A DNA stretch of 53,696 nucleotides, from assembly GCA_039794045.1 (NCBI GenBank), contig JBAMLY010000015.1:6404-60099 (forward strand). Reading direction: 5' to 3'. Source of the DNA: Candidatus Micrarchaeia archaeon (GTDB lineage: Archaea; Micrarchaeota; Micrarchaeia; Norongarragalinales; UBA8480). Position 1 is the first letter of the stretch; each line of letters starts with the position of its first letter. The translations under genes and the position numbers were made by a program. This document shows, one piece after another, positions 1-8,374 of the stretch. The notes beneath the pieces are model-generated. The model saw only the letters and a list, made by a program, of their open reading frames with translations. It had not been told where the DNA came from and did no database searches.

Positions 1-72
1 GTGAGCATGTCTTCGCCGAACGCGTACAACTGGGGAATGTACTTGAGGGCTACTGGAGTAAATGTTCCCTAG
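1..72 (+). CDS. Possible 3' end of an upstream gene (partial, ...SPNAYNWGMYLRATGVNVP*)
   Basis: Frame 1 is open from the window edge to TAG at 70-72, followed by a promoter-like AT-rich stretch. Too short to identify. Confidence 0.3.
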   Translation: MSMSSPNAYNWGMYLRATGVNVP

Positions 73-87
73 CGCGGGACGGGTTTG

Positions 88-105
88 GAAAGAAGCGTTT
101 TTAAG
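88..105 (+). promoter_or_regulatory. Putative BRE + TATA box for giant protein 1
   Basis: Purine-rich GAAAGAAG followed by TTTTTAAG (98-105). GGGAGGGG Shine-Dalgarno-like tract at 130-138 before ATG 145. Confidence 0.5.
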
Positions 106-144
106 TTGCTTTAAGCACTATTTTTTCGTGGGGAGGGGTTTTTG

Positions 145-3100
145 ATGTTCGATGACTTGAAGGAGAAGTACGCTGAATTCGTTGAGTCTTTGGAAGAAAA
201 AGGGGTTCCGCGTCCCCAGCTTCTCGTGCCCCTCGCGTTAATTGTTTTAGTGGTGGCAGTCGTTTTCTTGGTTAATCCGTTCGTCCAGCAAGCGATTTCG
301 TCGGCGAAGACTGGTTCTGTGGTGGTGAGCGTGAGAGACCAAGCTGGTTCTCCGCTTGCTAACGCGTTCGTGGAACTCGTTTACTCGGCGAACGGTTCTT
401 CTTTTGCTCAGGCAGTGGCTGGAGGGGACGGGAGGGCGTCGTTTTCTGGCGTGCCGTTGGATGGCTCGGTGGAAGTGCGGGCGAGCGCTTCAGGCTTTCA
501 AAGCAAGAGCGTTGCGCTGTCGCCCGAGGGAGAAACTGTGGTCAACCTCGCAGTAGTCTCTCCTGAAAAGAAGGAGAGAGAGTTTAGGGTTAAAGTTAAG
601 AGCAGCGAGGGTGCTCCAGTCGAGTTTGCTTACGTTACGCTTTCTTTCGATGACGGTTCTTCTACTGGCGTTTTCACTGACGCGAGCGGCTACGCGCAAT
701 TTTCTTTGGACAAGAATTACTCGCACGCCACCGTGAAAGTAGAGGCTCCAGGGTTTGTTTCGTTGGAGAAGAGCGTGGGGGCAGCTGACTTGTCTTCTGG
801 CGTCGCTGAATTCGCGGCAGAACCGGTAGCGCAAGCTACTTCTTCTCCGGAGGCAGTCAAGAAGGGAACGTTTAAAGTCGTGGTCTTCAGCGCGGGAGTT
901 CCAGTAAAGGGCGCGAGAGTGAAGCTGGTTGACTTGGCTGCGAACGAGTTCGGCGCGGGAATTACTGGCGACGATGGAGTAGCCGCTTTTCCGGGAGTTG
1001 TTTTCGGGAAGCAGTTCGTCGTAAGCGTTTCAGCAGATGGTTTCCTGGACAAGCAGTCGCAGGACTACGTTACTTTTTCTTTTGACGGGCAGTCCGAGCA
1101 AGTTTTCTTGGAGCGCAAGATGAGTGGCTCGACTTCAATGGTTTCCTTGGTGGTTGAAGACGAGCAAGGCAACGCAGTGGCTGGCGCGGAGGCAAGCTTT
1201 TTCTTCAAGGACTCAAACAAGCTTGCGCGTAAAGAGGTTTCCGGGGAGGACGGGCGAGTTGCGTTCGAGGCAGTAAAGGGAGTCCAGTTTTACGTTACTG
1301 TTTACAAGCAGGGCTTCCTGCCTGGTTTTCTTGAGGCAGTCAAGGCAGGGGACTCTAAGAAAATGGTTTTGAGAGAGGAAGTGGCTGGCAGCGTTGCAAC
1401 GCTTTCAGTGAAAGTGTTGGCTGACGGCTTGCCTGCGGCGAACGCTGAAGTGGCGCTTTACCGTGAAGGCGGGTTTTTCTTGGGCGTTCCAGTGTTTTAC
1501 GCTGACGCGAGCGGTTTTGCGAGCGTTGTCGTGCCCAACCAATTCAATTCAGCGCCTTACAAGGTTTACGCGAAAGCGGTTTCCGGGACTGCGAGGGGGC
1601 AAAGTGATTTGCTTGAATTGAGTCCTCAGACTAGTGAAGCTAACTTGAGTTTGGTGCTGCGTTCTCCGCCTGCCGCGCTGAACTTGAAAGTCGTTGACTT
1701 GGCTACCGGCAAGCCAGTGCCTGGGGCGAGCACGCAGTTGCTCGTGCAAGGAAACCCTGTTGATTCGTGTACTACCACGCAAGAGGGAGTATGCGTTTTT
1801 TCTGTCGCTGCAAATATTCCGTTTTCTTACGCGGTCAAGGCGTCAGGTTACTTGCCGTTCGCTTCAAGCGAGTTATCTCTCGAGAGCGCTTCCAGTCGCA
1901 ACGAGACTGCTTCTCTTTATCCTCTGGCGAGCGGGTTGCGCGCTCAGTTTCTTGGGTTGTTTAACGCGCGCGGCTTGGTGAGGGAGGCAGCCAATGGCGA
2001 GACTTATTCCGCGAAGTTCGTGGTAAGCGTTCCCAGTGGCTCGGAGCAGGCTGGCTTGTACGTGCGGTTGGGTGACAAGGCTTCGGCGGCAGACGAGATA
2101 GCTTTTATTTCTGATTACGACAAGAGCGCGGCGAGCGTGGTTTACGCTGGCTCTTCCTTTGACTCTTCAGCGCAGTGTCCAAGCGAGACGGCTGGAAGCG
2201 GCGACGAACTCAAATGGGTTTTATTGGTGCTTCCCAAGGGGTTCGTGGGAACCAAGGAAGTTTCTTTTACGGTGGTCGTGCGAAAGCAAGCCGGGGCAAA
2301 CGATTCAATTAACTTTGCTTTCCGTGCCTTCTCGGTGCGCAACAACACGGTTTTCCTTTTCCCGAGTGATGCAGTGGCAGCGCAAGAGCTTCTCGCGAAG
2401 TCGCAGTCTAATGCTTCTCTTTCAACGCAAGACTTTTGCAGGGCAGGCACGGCGAACGCGAGTGTGCCGCTGACTTCCCAGCCCCTTGTTTGCAGCGAGG
2501 GTGGCGAGTTGTGCTACAAGTTTTTCTTTGAGTCAGATGGCGTGGCGAGTTCGAGTGGTTTTCAAGCCACGCTCGGCAAGGAATTTGTTTTGCGTTACGA
2601 GTTGTTGTCTGACTACGTGATTGACTCGTTGTCTCTTTCAAGTGATTATTTGAGGGTTGCAGGTTATTCTTCTCAGGCGGCGAGGTTCGCTGACGACGAA
2701 GCGCCAGTCGTTGCCGCGCAGCCGCAGAAGGTTGCTGTCAACTCAAGGCCTGGAGTGAAGAGCGTGGGCAGTATTACTTTGAAGCCGTTGCGGGCGACGC
2801 AGTCTGGCGTGCTCTTGATTTCTTTCTCTAGCCCGTCGAGCGTTGTCTTGCCCGAGGTTAGGCTGTCTTTCTCAGTGGTTGGTTCTAACTACTTCCGCGT
2901 AAGCGTTTCGCCGCAGTCGCTTCGTGTTGGAGAGAAGCGCAAGGTGACTGTGAGCGTGTTGGACAAGCTTGGACAGCCTGCTTCTGACGCGGTCGTGTCT
3001 TTGTTTGAGTGCGAGGGCGAGCCGTTTGGTGGAAACGAGCCTTCCGCGGTAGTCGGAGATGGTTCTTCGGGTGCTGGCGAGGACGGCAAATACGTTTTCA

Positions 3101-6100
3101 GGGCGAGCCCGGTTGGCGTTGGCGTGGTGGGCGTGCGCGTGAGCCGGGACGACAGCAAGACTTTCGAGGAGTGCCTCGTGCCGGTCACCGCGCAAAACTT
3201 TTTGGTTGCTTCTCCTGAGTCTTTGTCGTTTGAAGGTGATTCGTCTAAGGCGGAAAAGCAAGTGGTTTCCTTGTCTTCTTCTTTGCCTGCGAGCGTGCGC
3301 GTGAGCGCTGCAGTGGACTGTTTTGGGGAAGCCAAGCCAGTAAAGGTTTTCCCGAAGACTTTCACTTTAAGGGAAGGCGTTGACTCTACGGTGACAGTTC
3401 AAGTGATTGAAAACGCTTCCTCTAACGCTCAGTGCGTGGTGCGCTTTGTTGGGAGAGTGAACCCGGAAGTAGTCGCTGAAGTGGAAGTGCCTGTAGACGT
3501 GCGCGTGAGTTGTCCTTCTTGTCCTGTGGTGGCGGAAGGGAAAGTAGTTGGTCCTTCTTCCCTGCCTTCCGCGATATCGCTTGTGGTGGACCCGTACTAC
3601 CGCCGCGATTCGAAGACTTTCGCGGTGAGCTTGGAAAAGGACCCAGTGAGTTGCCAGGTGACTGGCTTCCGCGTGGATCCTTATTCTCAGTACAACGCGC
3701 AGTCCGCTGCCTTTGTTGGAAGTGGGTTGAATGGATTGTGGGGCTGTCAAGCGTGCGGCTTGGGTGCCGGCGTGGGCGCCTTCAACTGCTTTAACTGTGC
3801 GTTGAACGCGCAAATGCCTATGTTGTGCGCTCAATGCAGTTCAGCTGCTTATCCTGCTGGCTCGTTTTACTGCACTGGATGTAATTCGTACGCTGGAGGG
3901 CTTGCCGCGAGTGCGTGGTATTACGGTTCGTCTCCCTTGGTTCAGTGGGGCGCGAGCGGGTACTTTTCAATGCCTTTGAGTCAAGGGGGCGCGGTTGGAG
4001 TTGGCGGTTTTTATGGAACGCCTTTCGCGCAGTCTTTCGCGTCCAATCCCGCGTGGGGCTATCCCTACAACTATAATTATCCTACCTCGCTTTCGCAGTT
4101 GGACACGGCGGCTTACGAGGACGCGGTAGTGGTTGAAGAGTGCACGAAGGACGCGATTACTGTGACTGCGGACTACCGTGGGAGGCAGCCTTTGCCTGGG
4201 GTTGGCTCGTTGGTGGTGTCGCTTGGCGGCGGCCAGAAGCGCACGATTCCGGTCACCGTGTCGGCTGCTTCAGTGGCGGTTACTGGTTTGGGGCCGTTCT
4301 TTACTGGAATGCCTGTTCCCGCGAGCGTGCCGTCTTACTATCAAAACAATTACGCGTGCAACATTGATTCTAGCTACGAGTTCGGTCCCTTCGAGGTCAG
4401 CGAGAGCGAGGACTTTGTTTTCTCCAAGGAAATACAGTACTCGTGTCCGTACTCGTTTGACTTGACTAAGTTTAGTCCGGCGCTTGGCTCTACTGTTTTC
4501 GCTGACGCTTGCAGGATTTCGGGGAGAGTGGCAGGCAATACTGGAAGGCTTTCATTAAACTGCGTTTTCCCGCGCTCTGCTCTTGCCAGGCTTTCTGAGG
4601 GCAAGAATGAAGTGGAACTCGCGTTTGACTTGTCCAGCGCTAAAGCGCCTGGCGCTACTCTCAGCGGCACTGTAAAATTCGTTTTCGTGAAAAAGCACGA
4701 CGCAGACAAGGACCAGCGCTTGAAAGTCAAGAAGCTCTCCGACGAAGTGGCGGTGTGCGACATCGTTAACGGCGAAGAAAAACAAGAGCACGACAAGACG
4801 CCGTTAATAGAAATTGGTTCTGCCGCCGAAATTTCTTATCACTTCCCGTCGGGAAGCACTGACAAGAAGCTTTTCTTGTTCGACGAGGCAGGCAACCTGG
4901 TTTACGGAAGCGCTCCCGAGAGCGGAATATTTCAAGTCACGCCAGAAAAATTCAAGCCGGGTAGGACTTATGCGTGGAGAATGTATTACAAGCTTGACGG
5001 CGCAGAGAAAACGGTTGACTGCAAGTTCAAGACGCCGCCAGGGGAAGCAGCTGAAATGCCGTCCGACTTCGAGGTTCCCGGCGGCGCTGAAAAGTTTTGC
5101 GACACGCCGAGCATGCACCCAATACGCAACATAGTGGTCTTCAACGAAGCGCAGGGGCACAAGGTTGTGCGCCAGAGCCAGCCTCAAACGCATTTTTCGA
5201 CTCCAAGCACTCCAGCCAGCGTTGCAGTATGCATTCGCACGGACTCGCCCGAGGCAGGCAAGCCTAAAGTTGTGTTCGCGCCTGAAAGCGACGATGTTGC
5301 AGGCAAGCTCGGCGACTCAACGGCCAAGTATTCCAGCGTGAAATTTAATTGCACGTCTCTCTCGTTGGACGGCAAGAAATACGCTTTCTGCGTTAGCGAA
5401 ATTGCTCCTGCAAGCGATTTCGGGGCATTGCAGCCAGGCACTTTCGTTGCAGTCGTGGACGCGAGCGAGCTCGTCAAGTCGTTCCCTGATGGTTCACCGA
5501 AGAACGTGGGCCAGTACGCGCGCCGCTTTTACTGCAATGCTTGGCCGCTTGACAAGCGCGCTAGAACGACAACTGAATTTTATGGGTTGGGCGCTGGAAC
5601 GCTGCTTGACTCGGTGGTTTATGCTTCCTCGCGCGGCGTTGACGTTGGCTTTGCTTGCCAGAACCAATCGCAGGGAAACACTGCAAGCGACAGAGTAAAG
5701 TTTTTAGTGGGAGTTCCGCCCTCGAAAACTTCGGCGGCTTCTGGGGCGAAGTCTAAGCCAAGCGACTCGAGCGAGCCGGGCTTTACGGTGGTTTCCCAGG
5801 AGGGGGCAGCCGAAGTTTTTTTTGCGGGTGAAGAGCCTGGAACTGCGTCTAATCCATTCGAGTTGAGGTTGCTTCAAGTGCGGTTCGAGAAAGACGCTAG
5901 TGCGCGGGTTTCGCTCGTTGATTCAAGTGGTTCTTCTGTCGTGCTCGCGACTTTCAGTGGCGTGGTGGCGAACACTGTTCCTTTCTCTAACGCTTTGAAT
6001 AAGGTAGGCAAACTAAAAATGGAGGTAACTTACAACGGCAAGAACTTCGTTTACTGGGCTAACGGCGCGCCCAAGTCAGTGGCCTTCGAGAAATACGAGG

Positions 6101-7257
6101 GAAAAGCGAGTTACTATAAGTTAGTGGGTTCGAGCGCTCAAGAAGGAAGGCCAGCGTCAAAGACTTCTTTTGAGGCGAACTGCGCGCCCGTTGACGCAGC
6201 CAAGTATGGTTATACTAAGGTTAAGTGCAGTTTCAAGGCGAGCGCTGACGGCCACGACGTGGAAGGCAATGAGGTTGAATTGCCTGGTGGTTTCAAGGTG
6301 AGGGTTTACGAGGTGAGCAACTCGCCTTGGTACAAGGACCCCTATAATTGGGGGACTGGCCAGTACGGAAAGGCTTACTTCGTCGTGGAAAAGAATGGCG
6401 AGAGGCTGGACTGCGATGATGCGTGGTCGCTTTTGGGCGGTGGCTTGAAGTGGAAGAGAGGCGACTTGAGGTTGAACAAGAAAGACGTTCAAGAGTGCTT
6501 CTGGGGAGGGTGGAGTTCGTTTAACGAGTACACTCCATTCGTGATGCTGCAGTACGACGGCCCCGGCAACTCTAAAGTGATAGACCAAGCAGAGGGAGTC
6601 ACGCAAATAAATTTGACGATTACCACGTTCTTTTCAGACGACGAGGCTTGGCTTTCGAGCCAGTACAAGTACCAAGCTCCTTCGGCGGGGGGAAGGCAGG
6701 CTTCTTTTCTTTCAACGCGCTCTGACGCTGTGTACAAGATGAGCCAAGGAGACTTGGTGAGGGTTTGGCCTGGCGGTTACTTTGTTTCTTATGCTGGGAG
6801 GAAGGGCTCGACGTACTATTTTATAGTGCGCGACTCGAAAGGAGTAATTGAAGACTGTGACACTAGCATAGCCAGCATTGCGGGCGGCGCGTTAGTGGTG
6901 GGCGGCTTGGTTTTCGTTACTGGAGCGACTGCCGGGCTCGCAGGCGCTCCGATTGCTGGCGTTCTAGTCACTGCCGGTGGCACGGTAAGCGAAATGGGGA
7001 CAGTTCCGTTTGCTTTGGCTTTGGCAACTGGTGGCACTGAGTGGGTTGCGGCTGGCGCTGCCATAAACGGCTTGTTCGACAACGTGGCAGAAGACGCGGA
7101 GCTCAAGCAAGGACAGCACTGCGGGGTGGGCTCAACGACTGGCGTGCAAATAATGCCTTTGAAGGAATACGGCGATGGCTCAATTTGTGTTGCCGTGAAG
7201 AAGGCGAACACTAACCTGCCTTTCCAGGCAAGCGACTTCATTGACAAGTGTCCTTGA
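145..7257 (+). CDS. Giant membrane-anchored surface protein 1 (about 2370 aa; carboxypeptidase regulatory-like and Ig/FN3-like repeats)
   Basis: 7.1-kb ORF (TTG 142 or ATG 145). N-terminal TM helix after LEEKGVP, then six VxDxxGxPhxxAxV...TDxxG...A(x)G[FY] repeats. Four CxxC motifs and a Y/G/P-rich segment near aa 1200-1320, an FN3-like PGRTYAWR motif, and a C-terminal Gly/Ala hydrophobic segment. Confidence 0.85.
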   Translation: MFDDLKEKYAEFVESLEEKGVPRPQLLVPLALIVLVVAVVFLVNPFVQQAISSAKTGSVVVSVRDQAGSPLANAFVELVYSANGSSFAQAVAGGDGRASFSGVPLDGSVEVRASASGFQSKSVALSPEGETVVNLAVVSPEKKEREFRVKVKSSEGAPVEFAYVTLSFDDGSSTGVFTDASGYAQFSLDKNYSHATVKVEAPGFVSLEKSVGAADLSSGVAEFAAEPVAQATSSPEAVKKGTFKVVVFSAGVPVKGARVKLVDLAANEFGAGITGDDGVAAFPGVVFGKQFVVSVSADGFLDKQSQDYVTFSFDGQSEQVFLERKMSGSTSMVSLVVEDEQGNAVAGAEASFFFKDSNKLARKEVSGEDGRVAFEAVKGVQFYVTVYKQGFLPGFLEAVKAGDSKKMVLREEVAGSVATLSVKVLADGLPAANAEVALYREGGFFLGVPVFYADASGFASVVVPNQFNSAPYKVYAKAVSGTARGQSDLLELSPQTSEANLSLVLRSPPAALNLKVVDLATGKPVPGASTQLLVQGNPVDSCTTTQEGVCVFSVAANIPFSYAVKASGYLPFASSELSLESASSRNETASLYPLASGLRAQFLGLFNARGLVREAANGETYSAKFVVSVPSGSEQAGLYVRLGDKASAADEIAFISDYDKSAASVVYAGSSFDSSAQCPSETAGSGDELKWVLLVLPKGFVGTKEVSFTVVVRKQAGANDSINFAFRAFSVRNNTVFLFPSDAVAAQELLAKSQSNASLSTQDFCRAGTANASVPLTSQPLVCSEGGELCYKFFFESDGVASSSGFQATLGKEFVLRYELLSDYVIDSLSLSSDYLRVAGYSSQAARFADDEAPVVAAQPQKVAVNSRPGVKSVGSITLKPLRATQSGVLLISFSSPSSVVLPEVRLSFSVVGSNYFRVSVSPQSLRVGEKRKVTVSVLDKLGQPASDAVVSLFECEGEPFGGNEPSAVVGDGSSGAGEDGKYVFRASPVGVGVVGVRVSRDDSKTFEECLVPVTAQNFLVASPESLSFEGDSSKAEKQVVSLSSSLPASVRVSAAVDCFGEAKPVKVFPKTFTLREGVDSTVTVQVIENASSNAQCVVRFVGRVNPEVVAEVEVPVDVRVSCPSCPVVAEGKVVGPSSLPSAISLVVDPYYRRDSKTFAVSLEKDPVSCQVTGFRVDPYSQYNAQSAAFVGSGLNGLWGCQACGLGAGVGAFNCFNCALNAQMPMLCAQCSSAAYPAGSFYCTGCNSYAGGLAASAWYYGSSPLVQWGASGYFSMPLSQGGAVGVGGFYGTPFAQSFASNPAWGYPYNYNYPTSLSQLDTAAYEDAVVVEECTKDAITVTADYRGRQPLPGVGSLVVSLGGGQKRTIPVTVSAASVAVTGLGPFFTGMPVPASVPSYYQNNYACNIDSSYEFGPFEVSESEDFVFSKEIQYSCPYSFDLTKFSPALGSTVFADACRISGRVAGNTGRLSLNCVFPRSALARLSEGKNEVELAFDLSSAKAPGATLSGTVKFVFVKKHDADKDQRLKVKKLSDEVAVCDIVNGEEKQEHDKTPLIEIGSAAEISYHFPSGSTDKKLFLFDEAGNLVYGSAPESGIFQVTPEKFKPGRTYAWRMYYKLDGAEKTVDCKFKTPPGEAAEMPSDFEVPGGAEKFCDTPSMHPIRNIVVFNEAQGHKVVRQSQPQTHFSTPSTPASVAVCIRTDSPEAGKPKVVFAPESDDVAGKLGDSTAKYSSVKFNCTSLSLDGKKYAFCVSEIAPASDFGALQPGTFVAVVDASELVKSFPDGSPKNVGQYARRFYCNAWPLDKRARTTTEFYGLGAGTLLDSVVYASSRGVDVGFACQNQSQGNTASDRVKFLVGVPPSKTSAASGAKSKPSDSSEPGFTVVSQEGAAEVFFAGEEPGTASNPFELRLLQVRFEKDASARVSLVDSSGSSVVLATFSGVVANTVPFSNALNKVGKLKMEVTYNGKNFVYWANGAPKSVAFEKYEGKASYYKLVGSSAQEGRPASKTSFEANCAPVDAAKYGYTKVKCSFKASADGHDVEGNEVELPGGFKVRVYEVSNSPWYKDPYNWGTGQYGKAYFVVEKNGERLDCDDAWSLLGGGLKWKRGDLRLNKKDVQECFWGGWSSFNEYTPFVMLQYDGPGNSKVIDQAEGVTQINLTITTFFSDDEAWLSSQYKYQAPSAGGRQASFLSTRSDAVYKMSQGDLVRVWPGGYFVSYAGRKGSTYYFIVRDSKGVIEDCDTSIASIAGGALVVGGLVFVTGATAGLAGAPIAGVLVTAGGTVSEMGTVPFALALATGGTEWVAAGAAINGLFDNVAEDAELKQGQHCGVGSTTGVQIMPLKEYGDGSICVAVKKANTNLPFQASDFIDKCP

Positions 7258-7280
7258 AGCGCGGTTCTCTTTTGCGCGCT
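7258..7280. terminator. Small hairpin between convergent genes (possible terminator)
   Basis: AGCGCG (7258-7263) and CGCGCT (7275-7280) form a 6-bp stem with a T-rich loop between two stop codons. Confidence 0.3.
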
Positions 7281-7702
7281 TAAAGCTTGTCGGCAATCAA
7301 GTGGCTGGCGTAAGCGGCGAGCCCGCAGAACGCCATGCTTTTGTCCAGCGTTGCAGCGAATACAAGCGCGAAGAACGCTAGCGCGGCAGGCCACTTGTGC
7401 GTGATGCCTCTGTGTTGTGGCTTCAGCAAATAGAATGCCAGCGCAGCAATTGCTCCGCCCGCGATTCCGTGTGCTAACCCGAAATAGTTGTTTAACAGGA
7501 AAACTACGGCGATGAAGACGACTAAGAGTGCGGCCTTAAATGTTTTCGTCTTGCGGTGGTCGACGTCCGGCAAGAGCGCGCCGAGTACTACAACGGCTAA
7601 AAGTTGTGGAGTCCAAGCGCTTGAAAGTCCCGTGAAGGAGAGCGCGAGGTTGGCGGCGAAAGCGCAAGAGAAAGCGAAGACGATGTGCGCGAAAGAATTC
7701 AT
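7280..7702 (-). CDS. YdjM-family membrane-bound metal-dependent hydrolase
   Basis: Motifs H(IVFAF), GALLPDVDH, HRGITH and ASHLIAD on a multi-TM scaffold. Confidence 0.85.
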   Translation of the reverse strand: MNSFAHIVFAFSCAFAANLALSFTGLSSAWTPQLLAVVVLGALLPDVDHRKTKTFKAALLVVFIAVVFLLNNYFGLAHGIAGGAIAALAFYLLKPQHRGITHKWPAALAFFALVFAATLDKSMAFCGLAAYASHLIADKL

Positions 7703-8232
7703 AGGAAGTCACGTAGTCTGCCTTTCAAATCAACGTGGTTTTCTAGCACTTCGTCAATGAAATGGTTTTTTTCTGCTGCGAGTTCCCGCAACCGTTGTGG
7801 AGAGACTATTTTGAAGTCACAGCGCAGTCTCATGCTTTGCTCTAAGCGCTTCAGTAGACGCTGGCAGTACTCTGCCCTCATGTTGGTTACTACGAGAAAG
7901 TTTGCTTGCCTGCGTGAAAGCGAGTCTGTCGCGTAAATAGCTATTGCTTCCAGGCGCGCGTCTGAAGGGAGCGCTTGAAATGCTTTGCCTGCGAATAAGG
8001 CGGTGCGCATGCAGCGAGCGAATGGGTTTTCCTCGTTCAAGGAATAGTACGCTCCATTTCCCTTCATTTCTTTTTTCAGCACGCTTTCGGCAAGCATTTT
8101 CCTGCATATTACGCTCGCAGAAGCAGGGCTTATCTTGAGTTGCCGCGCGAGTCCTTGCACGTGCGCCTCCCTGCCTTCCTCCAAGAAAAAGCGCAGAATC
8201 CGCCAGGCGACAGACGATTCCAAAGCCTTCAT
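7699..8232 (-). CDS. Winged-HTH regulator fused to a degenerate nucleotidyltransferase-like domain
   Basis: N-terminal HVQGLARQLKISPASASVICRKM...YYSLN wHTH. The C-terminal part follows the MNT pattern, but hhYGS..G..DhD reads IAIYATDSLSRRQANFLVV. Start placed at ATG 8232 (the track starts at 8274, inside the promoter region). Confidence 0.7.
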   Translation of the reverse strand: MKALESSVAWRILRFFLEEGREAHVQGLARQLKISPASASVICRKMLAESVLKKEMKGNGAYYSLNEENPFARCMRTALFAGKAFQALPSDARLEAIAIYATDSLSRRQANFLVVTNMRAEYCQRLLKRLEQSMRLRCDFKIVSPQRLRELAAEKNHFIDEVLENHVDLKGRLRDFL

Positions 8233-8261
8233 AATTGTTCTATTAAATGAATTATTGTTTG

Positions 8262-8313
8262 AATTAAAAAACATTTCGAGGACTTTTTCTGCGCGTTTAC
8301 GAATGTTTTTATA
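8262..8313. promoter_or_regulatory. Divergent promoter pair with a 9-bp inverted repeat
   Basis: AAAAACATT (8267-8275) and AATGTTTTT (8302-8310). Each arm runs into a TATA-like box: TTTTTTAA on the minus strand, TTTTTATA (8306-8313) on the plus strand. Confidence 0.55.
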
Positions 8314-8374
8314 GGCTTGAATTCCTCTATTTCTTTGGTTTGAGCGCGTTCGCGCTTGCGGGGGCTTGGAGTTA

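Noticed and set aside
3745-3882. Multiheme cytochrome c motifs
   Set aside because: None of the CxxC motifs is followed by His.
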